64,000 nucleotides of DNA from an uncultured Nitrospiraceae bacterium. GTDB lineage: Bacteria > Nitrospirota > Nitrospiria > Nitrospirales > Nitrospiraceae. Made by a program: the position numbers and the translations under genes. Positions within the stretch are counted from its first letter, which is position 1. The number at the start of each line of letters is the position of its first letter. Location: NCBI GenBank assembly GCA_963730935.1, contig CAVSTP010000002.1, positions 448,001 through 512,000 of the forward strand. The letters run 5' to 3'. Under the pieces are notes generated by a model. That model did not search any database and was not told where the DNA came from. It saw only the letters and a program-made list of their open reading frames with translations. Shown piece by piece: positions 49,842 through 59,159 of the stretch.

Positions 49842-51353
49842 ATGAGTCAGTTGGTTCGGAAAACGCTCGGCATCACGACCAGTATGGCCGTGCTGGTCAC
49901 AGTTTTCTTTGTCGGCAGTCAATCCTTCGCTCCATTTCCCGCCACAGAGTCGACGGCAGCGACTGCGACGGTTTCCGCGCCCGTAGGGACGCTTCCGGCG
50001 AACGGCTTCACGGATGTCGCGAAAGCGGTGACTCCAGCCGTCGTCAACATCACGACGGTCATCGGCGAAAAGATTTCTGGCAGGGGCGGTGAAAGCGAAT
50101 TGCGGGACCGCATGGAAGAGTTCTTCGGAGGGCCTAATGGTCCGCTCGGACCGAAATTCCGTGGCCCCCAAGGTCCGATGGAGCCGCGCGGCCCGCGTGG
50201 ATTTCACGGAGGCGGGCAAGGCTCCGGCGTCATCGTGTCGCCGGACGGTCATGTGCTCACCAACAATCACGTGATCGACGGCGCTCGTGAAGTGACGGTC
50301 ACGCTCCCCGACAAACGGGAATTTCAAGGGAAGATCGTGGGCACGGATCCGAAAACCGATTTGGCCGTGGTCAAGATCGACGGGAAGAATCTTCCCACCG
50401 TCCCCTGGGGAGACGCCTCAAAGCTGCAGGTCGGGGAATATGTCCTCGCGGTCGGCAATCCGTTCGGCTTGAATTCAACGGTGACGCTCGGCATCGTCAG
50501 CGCGCTGGGCCGTGGACGCATGGGCATCACCCAGTACGAGGATTTCATTCAGACCGATGCCGCCATCAATCCCGGCAACTCCGGCGGCGCCTTGGTGAAC
50601 ACCAAGGGCGAGCTCGTCGGGATCAACACCGCGATCTTTTCGCAAAACGGCGGCTATCAGGGCGTCGGCTTCGCCGTGCCGACCAGCATGGGCCAGCCGA
50701 TCTACGACAGTTTGGTGAAGCATGGCAAAGTCGTCCGTGGATATCTGGGCATCGGCATCCAGGACCTCAATCAGGATCTCGCGAAGTCCTTCGGTGTAAC
50801 CAACGGGAAGGGCGCCTTGGTCACTGACGTGAAGGAAGACAGCCCGGCCGATCACGCCGGGCTGCAACAGGGCGACGTCATCGTATCCTATCAAGCGTCT
50901 CCGGTGGAGGATGCGGTCGCGCTACAGCGCTTGGTGACCAAAACCATCGTCGGTTCCAAGGTGCCGATGAAGGTCCTGCGCGACGGCCATGAGAAGGATC
51001 TAAACGTCACGATCGCCGAACAGCCTGGTGACCCGAAGATTGCCAAGGCCGAAGGCGATGAGAAGGAGTACGCGTTTGCGGGAGTAGCTGTCCAGGACCT
51101 CGACCGTGACACCGCGAAAGAGCTGGGACTCAAGGGGAAGGCTCAGGGCGTCGTGGTCACGAGCGTCGAACCGGATAGCGGCGCCGACAAAGCCGGGTTG
51201 ATTCCCGGAGACGTGATCCGGGAGATCAATCGGCAGCCGGTAAAATCGGTGAAAGAGTTCGAAAAAGTCTCGTCGGGAGTGAAGAAAGGAGAGAACGTGC
51301 TGATTTTGATCAACCGCCGTGGTGCATCGTTATTCTTGAGCGCCAAGGTCTAA
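49842..51353 (+). CDS. degP: Periplasmic serine protease Do (DegP/DegQ, two PDZ domains)
   Basis: AAGGAGG SD, TNNHV, DLAV, GNSGG and two PDZ domains. Confidence 0.93.
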   Translation: MSQLVRKTLGITTSMAVLVTVFFVGSQSFAPFPATESTAATATVSAPVGTLPANGFTDVAKAVTPAVVNITTVIGEKISGRGGESELRDRMEEFFGGPNGPLGPKFRGPQGPMEPRGPRGFHGGGQGSGVIVSPDGHVLTNNHVIDGAREVTVTLPDKREFQGKIVGTDPKTDLAVVKIDGKNLPTVPWGDASKLQVGEYVLAVGNPFGLNSTVTLGIVSALGRGRMGITQYEDFIQTDAAINPGNSGGALVNTKGELVGINTAIFSQNGGYQGVGFAVPTSMGQPIYDSLVKHGKVVRGYLGIGIQDLNQDLAKSFGVTNGKGALVTDVKEDSPADHAGLQQGDVIVSYQASPVEDAVALQRLVTKTIVGSKVPMKVLRDGHEKDLNVTIAEQPGDPKIAKAEGDEKEYAFAGVAVQDLDRDTAKELGLKGKAQGVVVTSVEPDSGADKAGLIPGDVIREINRQPVKSVKEFEKVSSGVKKGENVLILINRRGASLFLSAKV

Positions 51354-51363
51354 GCTGCAGTGT

Positions 51364-51397
51364 CGCGAGGGGGTTGTCTAACGATAGCCCCCTCGCG
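51364..51397. terminator. Long hairpin at the convergent degP/rimO junction
   Basis: CGCGAGGGGGTTGTC-TAAC-GATAGCCCCCTCGCG. Confidence 0.65.
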
Positions 51398-52853
51398 GGA
51401 CTCGCCCGCCGGGCGTTTGGAGGCCGGATGCTGAAGCTTCTCCCAGGAGATGCCCAGTCAGATCATATGTCGTCGCGTCGGTAATCCGGACCTTCACACA
51501 GGCCCCAGGGCTAGGAACGCTCGGGCTGTCTGAGCCGTTGATGTAAACCACCCCGTCGATCTCGGGTGCCAGTCCCTCGTGCCGGCCCTCCAGCCAGTGA
51601 CCGTCCTCCTCAGCAGGCCCGTCCACCATCACCTCGAGCGTCGAGCCGATGCGTTCGACATTTTTTGCCGCAGCGATCGTCTCCTGAACGGCCAGCAGCT
51701 CATTGCGACGCTCCTCCATCAGGGAACGGTCGATCTTTTCGTTGAGCTCGGTGGCCGGAGTGCCTTCCTCGTCCGAGTACAAAAATGCCGCAACGCGATC
51801 GAACTCCGCCTGCTCCACGTAGCGTTTCAATTCCTCGAACGCTTCATCGGTTTCACCGGGAAACCCCACAATGAATGCGGTACGGAATATCACGCCGGGA
51901 ATCCGGGACCTGATACGCTCCACCAGCGTTTCGATGGTACGCCGGTCGCCCAAGCGGTGCATGCGCTTGAGCATGAGGCTGTTGATGTGCTGAAGCGGCA
52001 TATCGATGTACTTCGCAATCCGCTCTTCCCCCGCGTAAAGGTCCAGAAGCTCGTCCGTCACTTGCTGCGGATACAGATAAAAGGGCCTAATCCAGCGCGG
52101 GCCGTTCACCTTCACAAGTTCCCTCAGCAAAGACACGAGGCCCTGACGGAGGCCGAGATCGACGCCGTAATTCACAGTGTCCTGCGAGATGAGATTGATC
52201 TCTTTGACGCCTTCTCCGGCCAATTGCCGCACTTCCGCCACAATGGACTCGACCGGCCGGCTTCGTTGCTTGCCGCGCATCAGGGGGATGGCGCAGAAGG
52301 CGCAGTTGCGGTTACATCCCTCGGCAATCTTCACATAGGCACTATGCGGTGTCCCGAGACGAAGGCGAGGCGCCATCTCATCGTACAGGTAGGGAGGCTG
52401 ACTGATCCATAACTGTTGACGCCGGGACTTTGGCGCGAGGAGGTCGCGGCAGATGACGGCAATCTTCCCGAACTCGCCTGTGCCGACGACACCGTCGAGT
52501 TCGGGAAGCTCTTTGAGCAAATCGCCTTGGTAGCGCTGTGCCAGGCAGCCGGCGGCAATCAGCACCCGGCAGGCACCCGATTGCTTGAGCTTCGCGTGGT
52601 CCAGGATCGTGTTGATGGACTCCTGCTTGGCCTCTTCAATGAACCCGCAAGTATTGATAATGACGACCTCGGCCTGTTTCGGATTGCCGGTCAGCTCGAA
52701 TCCGTCGGCAGCAAGCGTGCCCAACATGATTTCGGAATCGACCTGATTCTTCGTGCAACCGAGATTGACGAAGCCCACCGTCGTCTTTTTCCCGGACCCA
52801 GACGGCGAGGCAGCCTTTTTCTGGCGGCCCAGTTTAATAAGCGCTTGACTCAT
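51378..52853 (-). CDS. rimO: Ribosomal protein S12 methylthiotransferase
   Basis: LGCTKNQVDSE, NTCGFI, radical SAM motif CNRNCAFC and TRAM segment APEIDG. Confidence 0.96.
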   Translation of the reverse strand: MSQALIKLGRQKKAASPSGSGKKTTVGFVNLGCTKNQVDSEIMLGTLAADGFELTGNPKQAEVVIINTCGFIEEAKQESINTILDHAKLKQSGACRVLIAAGCLAQRYQGDLLKELPELDGVVGTGEFGKIAVICRDLLAPKSRRQQLWISQPPYLYDEMAPRLRLGTPHSAYVKIAEGCNRNCAFCAIPLMRGKQRSRPVESIVAEVRQLAGEGVKEINLISQDTVNYGVDLGLRQGLVSLLRELVKVNGPRWIRPFYLYPQQVTDELLDLYAGEERIAKYIDMPLQHINSLMLKRMHRLGDRRTIETLVERIRSRIPGVIFRTAFIVGFPGETDEAFEELKRYVEQAEFDRVAAFLYSDEEGTPATELNEKIDRSLMEERRNELLAVQETIAAAKNVERIGSTLEVMVDGPAEEDGHWLEGRHEGLAPEIDGVVYINGSDSPSVPSPGACVKVRITDATTYDLTGHLLGEASASGLQTPGGRVPRGGYR

Positions 52854-52938
52854 AAGTCAGTCAGTCTACGAGAGGCCCCAAAAGACTGTCAACGAGCCCC
52901 CTTGCAGGCAAGAGGCCGATTCCCCTATCGTGCGGACG

Positions 52939-53478
52939 ATGATTAGGACGTTTCAAGGGATCAGACCCACCATTCCAAGGTCCTGCTTTATCGAGGACAC
53001 CGGGATCGTGATCGGTGACGTCGTCATGGGCGAGCAGTGCAGCGTTTGGTTTCACGCCGTGATTCGGGGGGATGTGCATTACATCCGCCTTGGCGACCGG
53101 ACCAATGTCCAGGATCTCTGCATGTTGCATGTGACGCACGATACCCATCCCTTGATCATCGGCAGCGACGTCACGATCGGCCACCACGTGGTGCTGCACG
53201 GCTGCACCATCAAAGACCGCGTGCTGATCGGCATGGGCACCATCATCATGGACGGCGCCGTGATCGGCGAGGAGTCGGTGGTCGGTGCCGGCGCACTGGT
53301 CACTGAACGTACCATCGTTCCCCCGAGGAGCCTCGTGCTCGGCTCGCCGGCGAAGGTTCGTCGTCCGGTCACCGAAAAGGAGTTGTCATGGATTCGAGAA
53401 TCTTCCGCCAACTATGTGAAGTACGCAAGCCAATACATGGATGATTCGCACAGCCCCAGAACTGGTTTTCACCCCTGA
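52939..53478 (+). CDS. Gamma carbonic anhydrase family protein
   Basis: Hexapeptide repeats, RGD, NVQD..MLH and IGHHVVLHGC. Confidence 0.93.
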   Translation: MIRTFQGIRPTIPRSCFIEDTGIVIGDVVMGEQCSVWFHAVIRGDVHYIRLGDRTNVQDLCMLHVTHDTHPLIIGSDVTIGHHVVLHGCTIKDRVLIGMGTIIMDGAVIGEESVVGAGALVTERTIVPPRSLVLGSPAKVRRPVTEKELSWIRESSANYVKYASQYMDDSHSPRTGFHP

Positions 53479-53487
53479 TCCCGTTCG

Positions 53488-54204
53488 CTACGCCTTTGCC
53501 CTCCGTCTTGCACCGACCCTGAGCACACAAATAGGATCTCCCACCAACGCCGTTTGAAACTGCTGCCGTTCGACCAGGTAGGGAATGGCCTTCCTGTGGC
53601 ACCAGTCCGCGATCCAGTTGACCTCCTCCACGGAGGTCGTCACGACTGCCGGCAAGCGAAGTTTGGACATGCAGCGATTGACGAGCGACCGTACGATGCG
53701 TCGTTCCCTCACAAAGACGCCAGGATCGAAGGTCAACGGAACAGCGCGGCCATACGACAGCTCCGCGAGATGCGGAAACCGCTCAGGATCGTTCAAGACG
53801 CTCACGATCCACAGATGATCAAAGGACCCGCGAACAGTCCCGGCATCCATCGCATGAAATCGTGGAGGAAGCCCGCGACAGGCCCGATTCAGCGTGGCGA
53901 CTTCGGAGGTGCGCAGATTGCAAGACAGCACGGTTCGATGCAACTCGAGCGACTCGACGAGTAACACCGGCAACTCTGCGACGCCCGCCCCGACGTACAG
54001 ACTGCGACCGCCCGCAGCAAGCCGCGTGAGCAAGACTTCTCCCATGCGCATGCCGAGACGGCGACAGGGCTCTCGTTTCGTCCTCCAGAAAACATCTCCG
54101 CCTTCATAGCAGTAGATACTGGCGAGCCGCCGATAATCGAGGCGCTCAAACACTGCGGCGATCACGCGGCGCGTGGCGGTACTGATTCGTCTTGACCGTC
54201 TCAT
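53488..54204 (-). CDS. Hypothetical protein, methyltransferase-like motif
   Basis: Overlaps the upstream stop (ATGA). SLYVGAGVAE and FDHLW. Confidence 0.7.
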   Translation of the reverse strand: MRRSRRISTATRRVIAAVFERLDYRRLASIYCYEGGDVFWRTKREPCRRLGMRMGEVLLTRLAAGGRSLYVGAGVAELPVLLVESLELHRTVLSCNLRTSEVATLNRACRGLPPRFHAMDAGTVRGSFDHLWIVSVLNDPERFPHLAELSYGRAVPLTFDPGVFVRERRIVRSLVNRCMSKLRLPAVVTTSVEEVNWIADWCHRKAIPYLVERQQFQTALVGDPICVLRVGARRRAKA

Positions 54205-55079
54205 CGCCGGGTCAACCCGGCCAGGTCTTCAATGCAGCCGACGACGATCTCACTGACTCCCTCGAGAAAATCCAAGTCCAAGGTGTCCAGGGTGTCGCTG
54301 GGCTGATGATAATGGGGATTGCGGAAATTTGCCGTGTCGGTCAGCATGACGGCCCGATAGCCCTCGTCCCAGAACGCCGCGTGATCGCTCCGACGCACGT
54401 CCGGCAGGCTTTCGCCGCGCGCGGGGACCGCCAAGGCAAGGATGGGCGTGGTCGGCGCGACTCTGCGGGCATTGCGCTCAACCGCGGCAACGAGATCCCG
54501 TGAAGCCTCGTTGCCCACAATGCCGAGAAAATTCCCGACCGTCGGAATAGCAATGGGGACCCCGGGTGGCGTGCGCTGGGAGCCGGCGTCCCGGCTGGTA
54601 TATCCAACGCATTCGAGCACGATCGCGCCGTCCAACAGCTGACCGGTCTGTTTGAGTCCGGAAATGAAGGCCTGGCTGCCCAGCAGTCCATGTTCTTCGA
54701 GGCAAAACGCCGCGAGCCAGACCGGCCGTGCCACCACCAGATGCCTCAGCCGATCGGCCGCTTCAAGCAAGACGGCCAACGCGCTGGCATTATCGTCAGC
54801 TCCAGGTGAGCCCACGACAGTGTCGTAATGTGCGCCGATCAGCAGCGGGGGCTGCGCGCCCTTGCCCGGCCGTCCCGGCGGCGATTTGATGCCGAGAATA
54901 TTGAAGTAGGATTTACCCAGGGCTCGAAACGGTTGCCCGCTCGTCGTCCATCCGTATTCGGCAAACCGTGCCGCCAGATACTCGGCAGCCTGATTGAGTG
55001 CGTGGGGAGCGGTCTGCGGGTGGCGTTCTCCGACCAAGGACCGGAGATGGCGGAGAATGCTGGTCCGACGGTTGGCCAA
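54201..55079 (-). CDS. M28 family metallopeptidase
   Basis: IGAHYD, PGADDNAS, EEHGLLGS, RSDH and YHQPSD. Confidence 0.92.
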   Translation of the reverse strand: MANRRTSILRHLRSLVGERHPQTAPHALNQAAEYLAARFAEYGWTTSGQPFRALGKSYFNILGIKSPPGRPGKGAQPPLLIGAHYDTVVGSPGADDNASALAVLLEAADRLRHLVVARPVWLAAFCLEEHGLLGSQAFISGLKQTGQLLDGAIVLECVGYTSRDAGSQRTPPGVPIAIPTVGNFLGIVGNEASRDLVAAVERNARRVAPTTPILALAVPARGESLPDVRRSDHAAFWDEGYRAVMLTDTANFRNPHYHQPSDTLDTLDLDFLEGVSEIVVGCIEDLAGLTRR

Positions 55080-55094
55080 GGGAAGGTCGCGGTG

Positions 55095-55991
55095 CTACGC
55101 CGTAATTTCGGTACCGATGCCTTTGCGCGTGAATACCTCGAGGAGAATGGCATGCGGTATTCGACCGTCGATAATGTGGGCCTTGCCCACTCCCTGTTCC
55201 AGGGCATCCAGACACGCGTGTACTTTTGGCAGCATGCCCTCGGTGATCGTGCCTTTCTTGACCATCCGTTGGACGTCCTTGCGCGAGACGGTGGACAGAT
55301 GGCGTCCCTTGGCATCGCGGATGCCCTTGATATCCGTCATCATGACAAGCTTTTCCGCGTGCAAAGCTCCGGCGATCGCTCCGGCCACGAGGTCAGCGTT
55401 GATATTGTAGGTGTTGCCCTCCCGGTCGGTGCCGATAGGAGCGATGACCGGAATATAGTGGTCGCCCTGCAGCTTAAACAATAGGCTGGGATCGACCTTC
55501 TCGATATCTCCTACGAAACCGAAATCACTCTCGGCGTCATCTTCGTCGAGATCCCGTTCCAGACTTTCCGCCCACGCCCGCACCGTCAAGGGCTTCGACA
55601 GGATCAACCCTCCGTCTTTTCCGCTGAGACCGACGGCGCTCCCGCCGTGGCGGTTGATAAGATCCGTGATCTCCATGTTGATTTTGCCCGCCAGCACCAT
55701 CTCAACAATCTCCATGGTCGCTTCGTTCGTGACGCGCACGCCGTACAAAAATTTCGATTCGATGCCGAGGCGGTCGAGCATCTCGTCGATCTGCGGGCCC
55801 CCTCCATGGATGATGACGGGATTGAGGCCGACGTACTTCAACAGGACGATGTCCTGCGCGAACCGCTCCTTCAACGAAGACTCGGTCATCGCGTTGCCGC
55901 CGTACTTGATCACGATCGTCTTGCCGCGGAATGTGCGGATATACGGCAAAGCCTCGATGAGCACGTTGGCTTTCCGAATGAGCTTGTTCAT
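55095..55991 (-). CDS. argB: Acetylglutamate kinase
   Basis: IEALPYI, VIKYGGNAM, HGGGPQI, YNINAD and GMLPK. Confidence 0.96.
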   Translation of the reverse strand: MNKLIRKANVLIEALPYIRTFRGKTIVIKYGGNAMTESSLKERFAQDIVLLKYVGLNPVIIHGGGPQIDEMLDRLGIESKFLYGVRVTNEATMEIVEMVLAGKINMEITDLINRHGGSAVGLSGKDGGLILSKPLTVRAWAESLERDLDEDDAESDFGFVGDIEKVDPSLLFKLQGDHYIPVIAPIGTDREGNTYNINADLVAGAIAGALHAEKLVMMTDIKGIRDAKGRHLSTVSRKDVQRMVKKGTITEGMLPKVHACLDALEQGVGKAHIIDGRIPHAILLEVFTRKGIGTEITA

Positions 55992-56088
55992 CGTCGGCTC
56001 CCCAGGCGGTCGCTCACCCCATTGACAGGCGCGACCATACCACGATGGGGCACGTGAGGCCCAGTGAAATTCGCAGAGAGCAGCGCTG

Positions 56089-57024
56089 TCACCGCTTCTC
56101 CCCCTTGGCGGGCCGACCGTCGGTCGCCCGGCCCGCCCTCGGATGGGCTCGATCATACACGGCCAACAACTGATCGGTGGCCACGTGCGTGTACCGTTGC
56201 GTCGTGCTGAGCGACGCATGTCCCAACATCTCCTGGATGCTCCGAAGGTCGGCACCCTCGTCGAGCAGATGCGTGGCAAATGAATGACGCAGCGTGTGAG
56301 GGCTGACCGCTCCACCCGCGAGCCGGCTCGAATATCTGGTCACGATGCGAGCCACACTCCGGCTGGTCAGCCGCCCTCCTCGCTGGTTGCAAAACAACGC
56401 CCGAGGCGGGACACCGGAAGATTGCCGCGGAAGACTCACGCGGTAACGTCGGATCGCGTCCAACGCCACCTCGCCGATGGGCACAATCCGCTCCTTCCGC
56501 CCCTTTCCCTGCAAACGGACCAACCCTTCCGGCTCGCGGACGTCCCCGATGTCGAGCGCCACCAGCTCGCTCACGCGCGCCCCAGTGGAATAGAGCGTTT
56601 CGAGCAACGCGCGATCCCTTAACGACCAGACCGTCTGTCCCGCCGGAAAGGTCATCAGGGCATCCGCATCATCTTTCGTCAGGACACGGGGGAGCAATTT
56701 GGGTTGTTTGGGCGTGCGCATCCCATCGACCGGATTGCGGCTCACCATGCCGCGCCGCGACAGGTAGCGGTAGAAACTTCTCACTGCGGCAAGCTTTCGC
56801 GCCAAGGAGGACGGTTTGCCGCCTTTCTGATCAAGCCACTGGAGATATGCCCGGACGGCGTCCGAGGAGAGCGAATTGGGATCGATTGGAGAGGACACCA
56901 GCCTACGTGAGAGGAGAAACTTGTGTAGCTGCCGCAGGTCTGACGCGTAATTGCGGAGGGTTTCCGGTGAAGCCCGTTGTTCGGTCCGAAGAAACCCTAT
57001 GAAAGCCCTGATCGGCTCATCCAT
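56089..57024 (-). CDS. xerC: Tyrosine recombinase XerC
   Basis: LYSTGARVSE, GKGRKER, HTLRHSFATH and LGHASLSTTQRY. Lies downstream of trmFO. Confidence 0.9.
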   Translation of the reverse strand: MDEPIRAFIGFLRTEQRASPETLRNYASDLRQLHKFLLSRRLVSSPIDPNSLSSDAVRAYLQWLDQKGGKPSSLARKLAAVRSFYRYLSRRGMVSRNPVDGMRTPKQPKLLPRVLTKDDADALMTFPAGQTVWSLRDRALLETLYSTGARVSELVALDIGDVREPEGLVRLQGKGRKERIVPIGEVALDAIRRYRVSLPRQSSGVPPRALFCNQRGGRLTSRSVARIVTRYSSRLAGGAVSPHTLRHSFATHLLDEGADLRSIQEMLGHASLSTTQRYTHVATDQLLAVYDRAHPRAGRATDGRPAKGEKR

Positions 57025-58310
57025 GCGGCATGGTCCTCAAGCGCTCGCTGCGAAATGAGCTGTCGCTTTCGCTCCTTATCTCTGACTGTCACAGAGAGGG
57101 GCGGGAAAAGTCCGAAATTCATGTTCATCGGCTGAAAGTGCCGCGGATCTGTGCCGGTGATGTAGGACACGAGGCAGCCGTGAGCAGTCGTTGGAGGAGG
57201 GGTAACCAACGGCAGACCTCGAAGCCCGCGGACCGCGTTGATGCCGGCAAGACCGCCCATCGCCGCTGAATCCGTATAGCCTTCCACACCGACCAATTGG
57301 CCGGCGAAGAACAGCGTGCTGCGGTCTTTGAACTGCAGGGTGTTCCGTAAGAGGTGGGGCGAGTTGATGAACGTATTGCGGTGCAGGCTGCCGTAGCGGA
57401 GGAATTCCGCCTGCTCCAAGCCGGGGATCATCCGGAAGACACGCTTCTGCTCACCATACGTCAAGCGGGTCTGAAATCCCACCATGTTATAGCAGGAGCG
57501 GTGGGCGTTTTCCGTTCGGAGTTGCACGACGGCATACGGCCGGGTGCCGTCCGGAGTCTCCAGGCCCACAGGCTTCAACGGACCGAACTGCATGGTCTGC
57601 TTGCCGCGCTCGGCCATCACCTCGATCGGCAGGCACGCTTCAAAATAAGGAATCTGTTCAAACGATTTGGGCTGGACCTTTTCCGCCGCCAGCAGGGCCT
57701 CATAGAAGTGGTGATACGTCGGCTCATCCATCGGGCAGTTGAGATAATCGTCGCCGCCCTTGTCATACCGTGACGCCCGAAAGGCCACCTCCGTGTTGAT
57801 AGACTCGGCATCGACGATCGGCGAAATCGCGTCATAAAAATACAGGTGATTCGATTGCGTCAGCCGCGCGATGGCCTGCGAGAGTTTGTCGGAGGTCAGG
57901 GGGCCGGTCGCCACGATACAGACGCAGTCGGTCGGAATGGCCGTGAGCTCCTCTCGAAGAATGCGGACATTGGGATGCCCCTCGAGCGCCTGGGTAATTT
58001 TCATGGAGAACTGCTCGCGGTCGACTGCGAGCGCCGATCCGGCCGGCACCCGTACTTCATCGGCAATCCTGATGATGAGCGACCCCTGGTGCCGCATCTC
58101 TGCTTTCAGAATGCCCGCGGCATTCAGTGGATCGGTGGAGCCCAATGAATTCGAGCAGACAAGTTCGGCCAACCCGCCCGTCTTGTGCGCGGGGGTCGCT
58201 TCCTTCGGACGCATTTCATAGAGCGTCACTTTGGCTCCCCGGTTGGCCGCCTGCCAGGCAGCTTCCGAACCGGCCAAACCACCGCCGATAATCGTGATGT
58301 CTTCGCGCAT
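56997..58310 (-). CDS. trmFO: Methylenetetrahydrofolate-tRNA-(uracil-54)-methyltransferase
   Basis: IIGGGLAGSEAA, ELVCSNS, YFYDAISP, HRNTF and GVEGY. Confidence 0.96.
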   Translation of the reverse strand: MREDITIIGGGLAGSEAAWQAANRGAKVTLYEMRPKEATPAHKTGGLAELVCSNSLGSTDPLNAAGILKAEMRHQGSLIIRIADEVRVPAGSALAVDREQFSMKITQALEGHPNVRILREELTAIPTDCVCIVATGPLTSDKLSQAIARLTQSNHLYFYDAISPIVDAESINTEVAFRASRYDKGGDDYLNCPMDEPTYHHFYEALLAAEKVQPKSFEQIPYFEACLPIEVMAERGKQTMQFGPLKPVGLETPDGTRPYAVVQLRTENAHRSCYNMVGFQTRLTYGEQKRVFRMIPGLEQAEFLRYGSLHRNTFINSPHLLRNTLQFKDRSTLFFAGQLVGVEGYTDSAAMGGLAGINAVRGLRGLPLVTPPPTTAHGCLVSYITGTDPRHFQPMNMNFGLFPPLSVTVRDKERKRQLISQRALEDHAAWMSRSGLS

Positions 58311-58464
58311 CTGTGAGGGACTCCGAGAGAGAGCTGAGGTGAAGAAAAGGCATTGTAGAAATCGTCTTTCGGGGATGTCAAGGCGAGCACTGACTCGGCG
58401 CACAACCTCTCAGGCACTGCGCGCATTGAACCTCGTCAAAGCCCCATGTTAGACTCCCGCCGAT

Positions 58465-58539
58465 GGGCGATTAGCTCAGTGGTAGAGCGCTTCCTTCACA
58501 CGGAAGAGGCCACAGGTTCGATACCTGTATCGCCCACCA
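58465..58539 (+). tRNA. tRNA-Val(CAC)
   Basis: GGGCGATTAGCTCAGTGGTAGAGC-CTTCC-TTCACAC-GGAAG...GGTTCGATACC...CGCCCACCA. Confidence 0.97.
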
Positions 58540-58699
58540 TCCCCTCAAAATCTCAGGAAATTCCTCACCTTGGCGGCCACAGGACCCCCAGTGGTGGAAA
58601 CCCGGCGTTTTCTGGACAGAACCCCGCCCCTCGGCTACACTTTCCTCAGTCAGCATTCATCGCTTATCGCCATTCGAGTCAGGACGCGAGGTAAGAGGT

Positions 58700-59047
58700 A
58701 TGAAAACAAAACTGATTGCGGTTGGTCTCCTCCTGATCGCCGGCCTGGTCGGTTGTGCCGGCCATCAGCAAACGACGGACGGGGATATCGGTTATGTGGC
58801 CCCCGCCAGCATCTATAGCGTGATGGACAGCACGGCCCTCGTGTACACCGACGTCGTCGCCGGCTCGCCCTTAAATGACAATCCTTGGCGCTGGTTGGGA
58901 TTTCTCTTGCATCCCGTGGGACAGGTGCTCGACTACGGCTTCAATCGACCAGTGTACTCCGTCACCGGCAGCATGCCTTATCTCTTCGGGTATACCAGCG
59001 AAGACGCGATGCTGGATGGCCAGCGTCGGCACTCTACGCGCTATTGA
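58700..59047 (+). CDS. Hypothetical lipoprotein
   Basis: SD-like GAGG and lipobox LVGC. Confidence 0.8.
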   Translation: MKTKLIAVGLLLIAGLVGCAGHQQTTDGDIGYVAPASIYSVMDSTALVYTDVVAGSPLNDNPWRWLGFLLHPVGQVLDYGFNRPVYSVTGSMPYLFGYTSEDAMLDGQRRHSTRY

Positions 59048-59070
59048 TCGAGCACAGGTCGTCTTCCGAC

Positions 59071-59110
59071 ACGCCCGCGTTCGTCCCTGCGAACGCGGGC
59101 GTTGTTGTCT
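59071..59110 (+). terminator. Probable intrinsic terminator
   Basis: 13-bp stem ACGCCCGCGTTCG/CGAACGCGGGCGT followed by TGTTGTCT. Confidence 0.65.
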
Positions 59111-59159
59111 CAGGCCTGGTAAACCGCCTCCCTCTTTCGGTATTCTGCTGCACATCCAC

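Noticed and set aside
56089..57024. Tyrosine recombinase as a mobile-element integrase near tRNA-Val
   Set aside because: Its size, motifs and overlap with trmFO mark it as housekeeping XerC. The 9-mer GGCCACAGG repeated after the tRNA (58575) does not include the tRNA 3' end.
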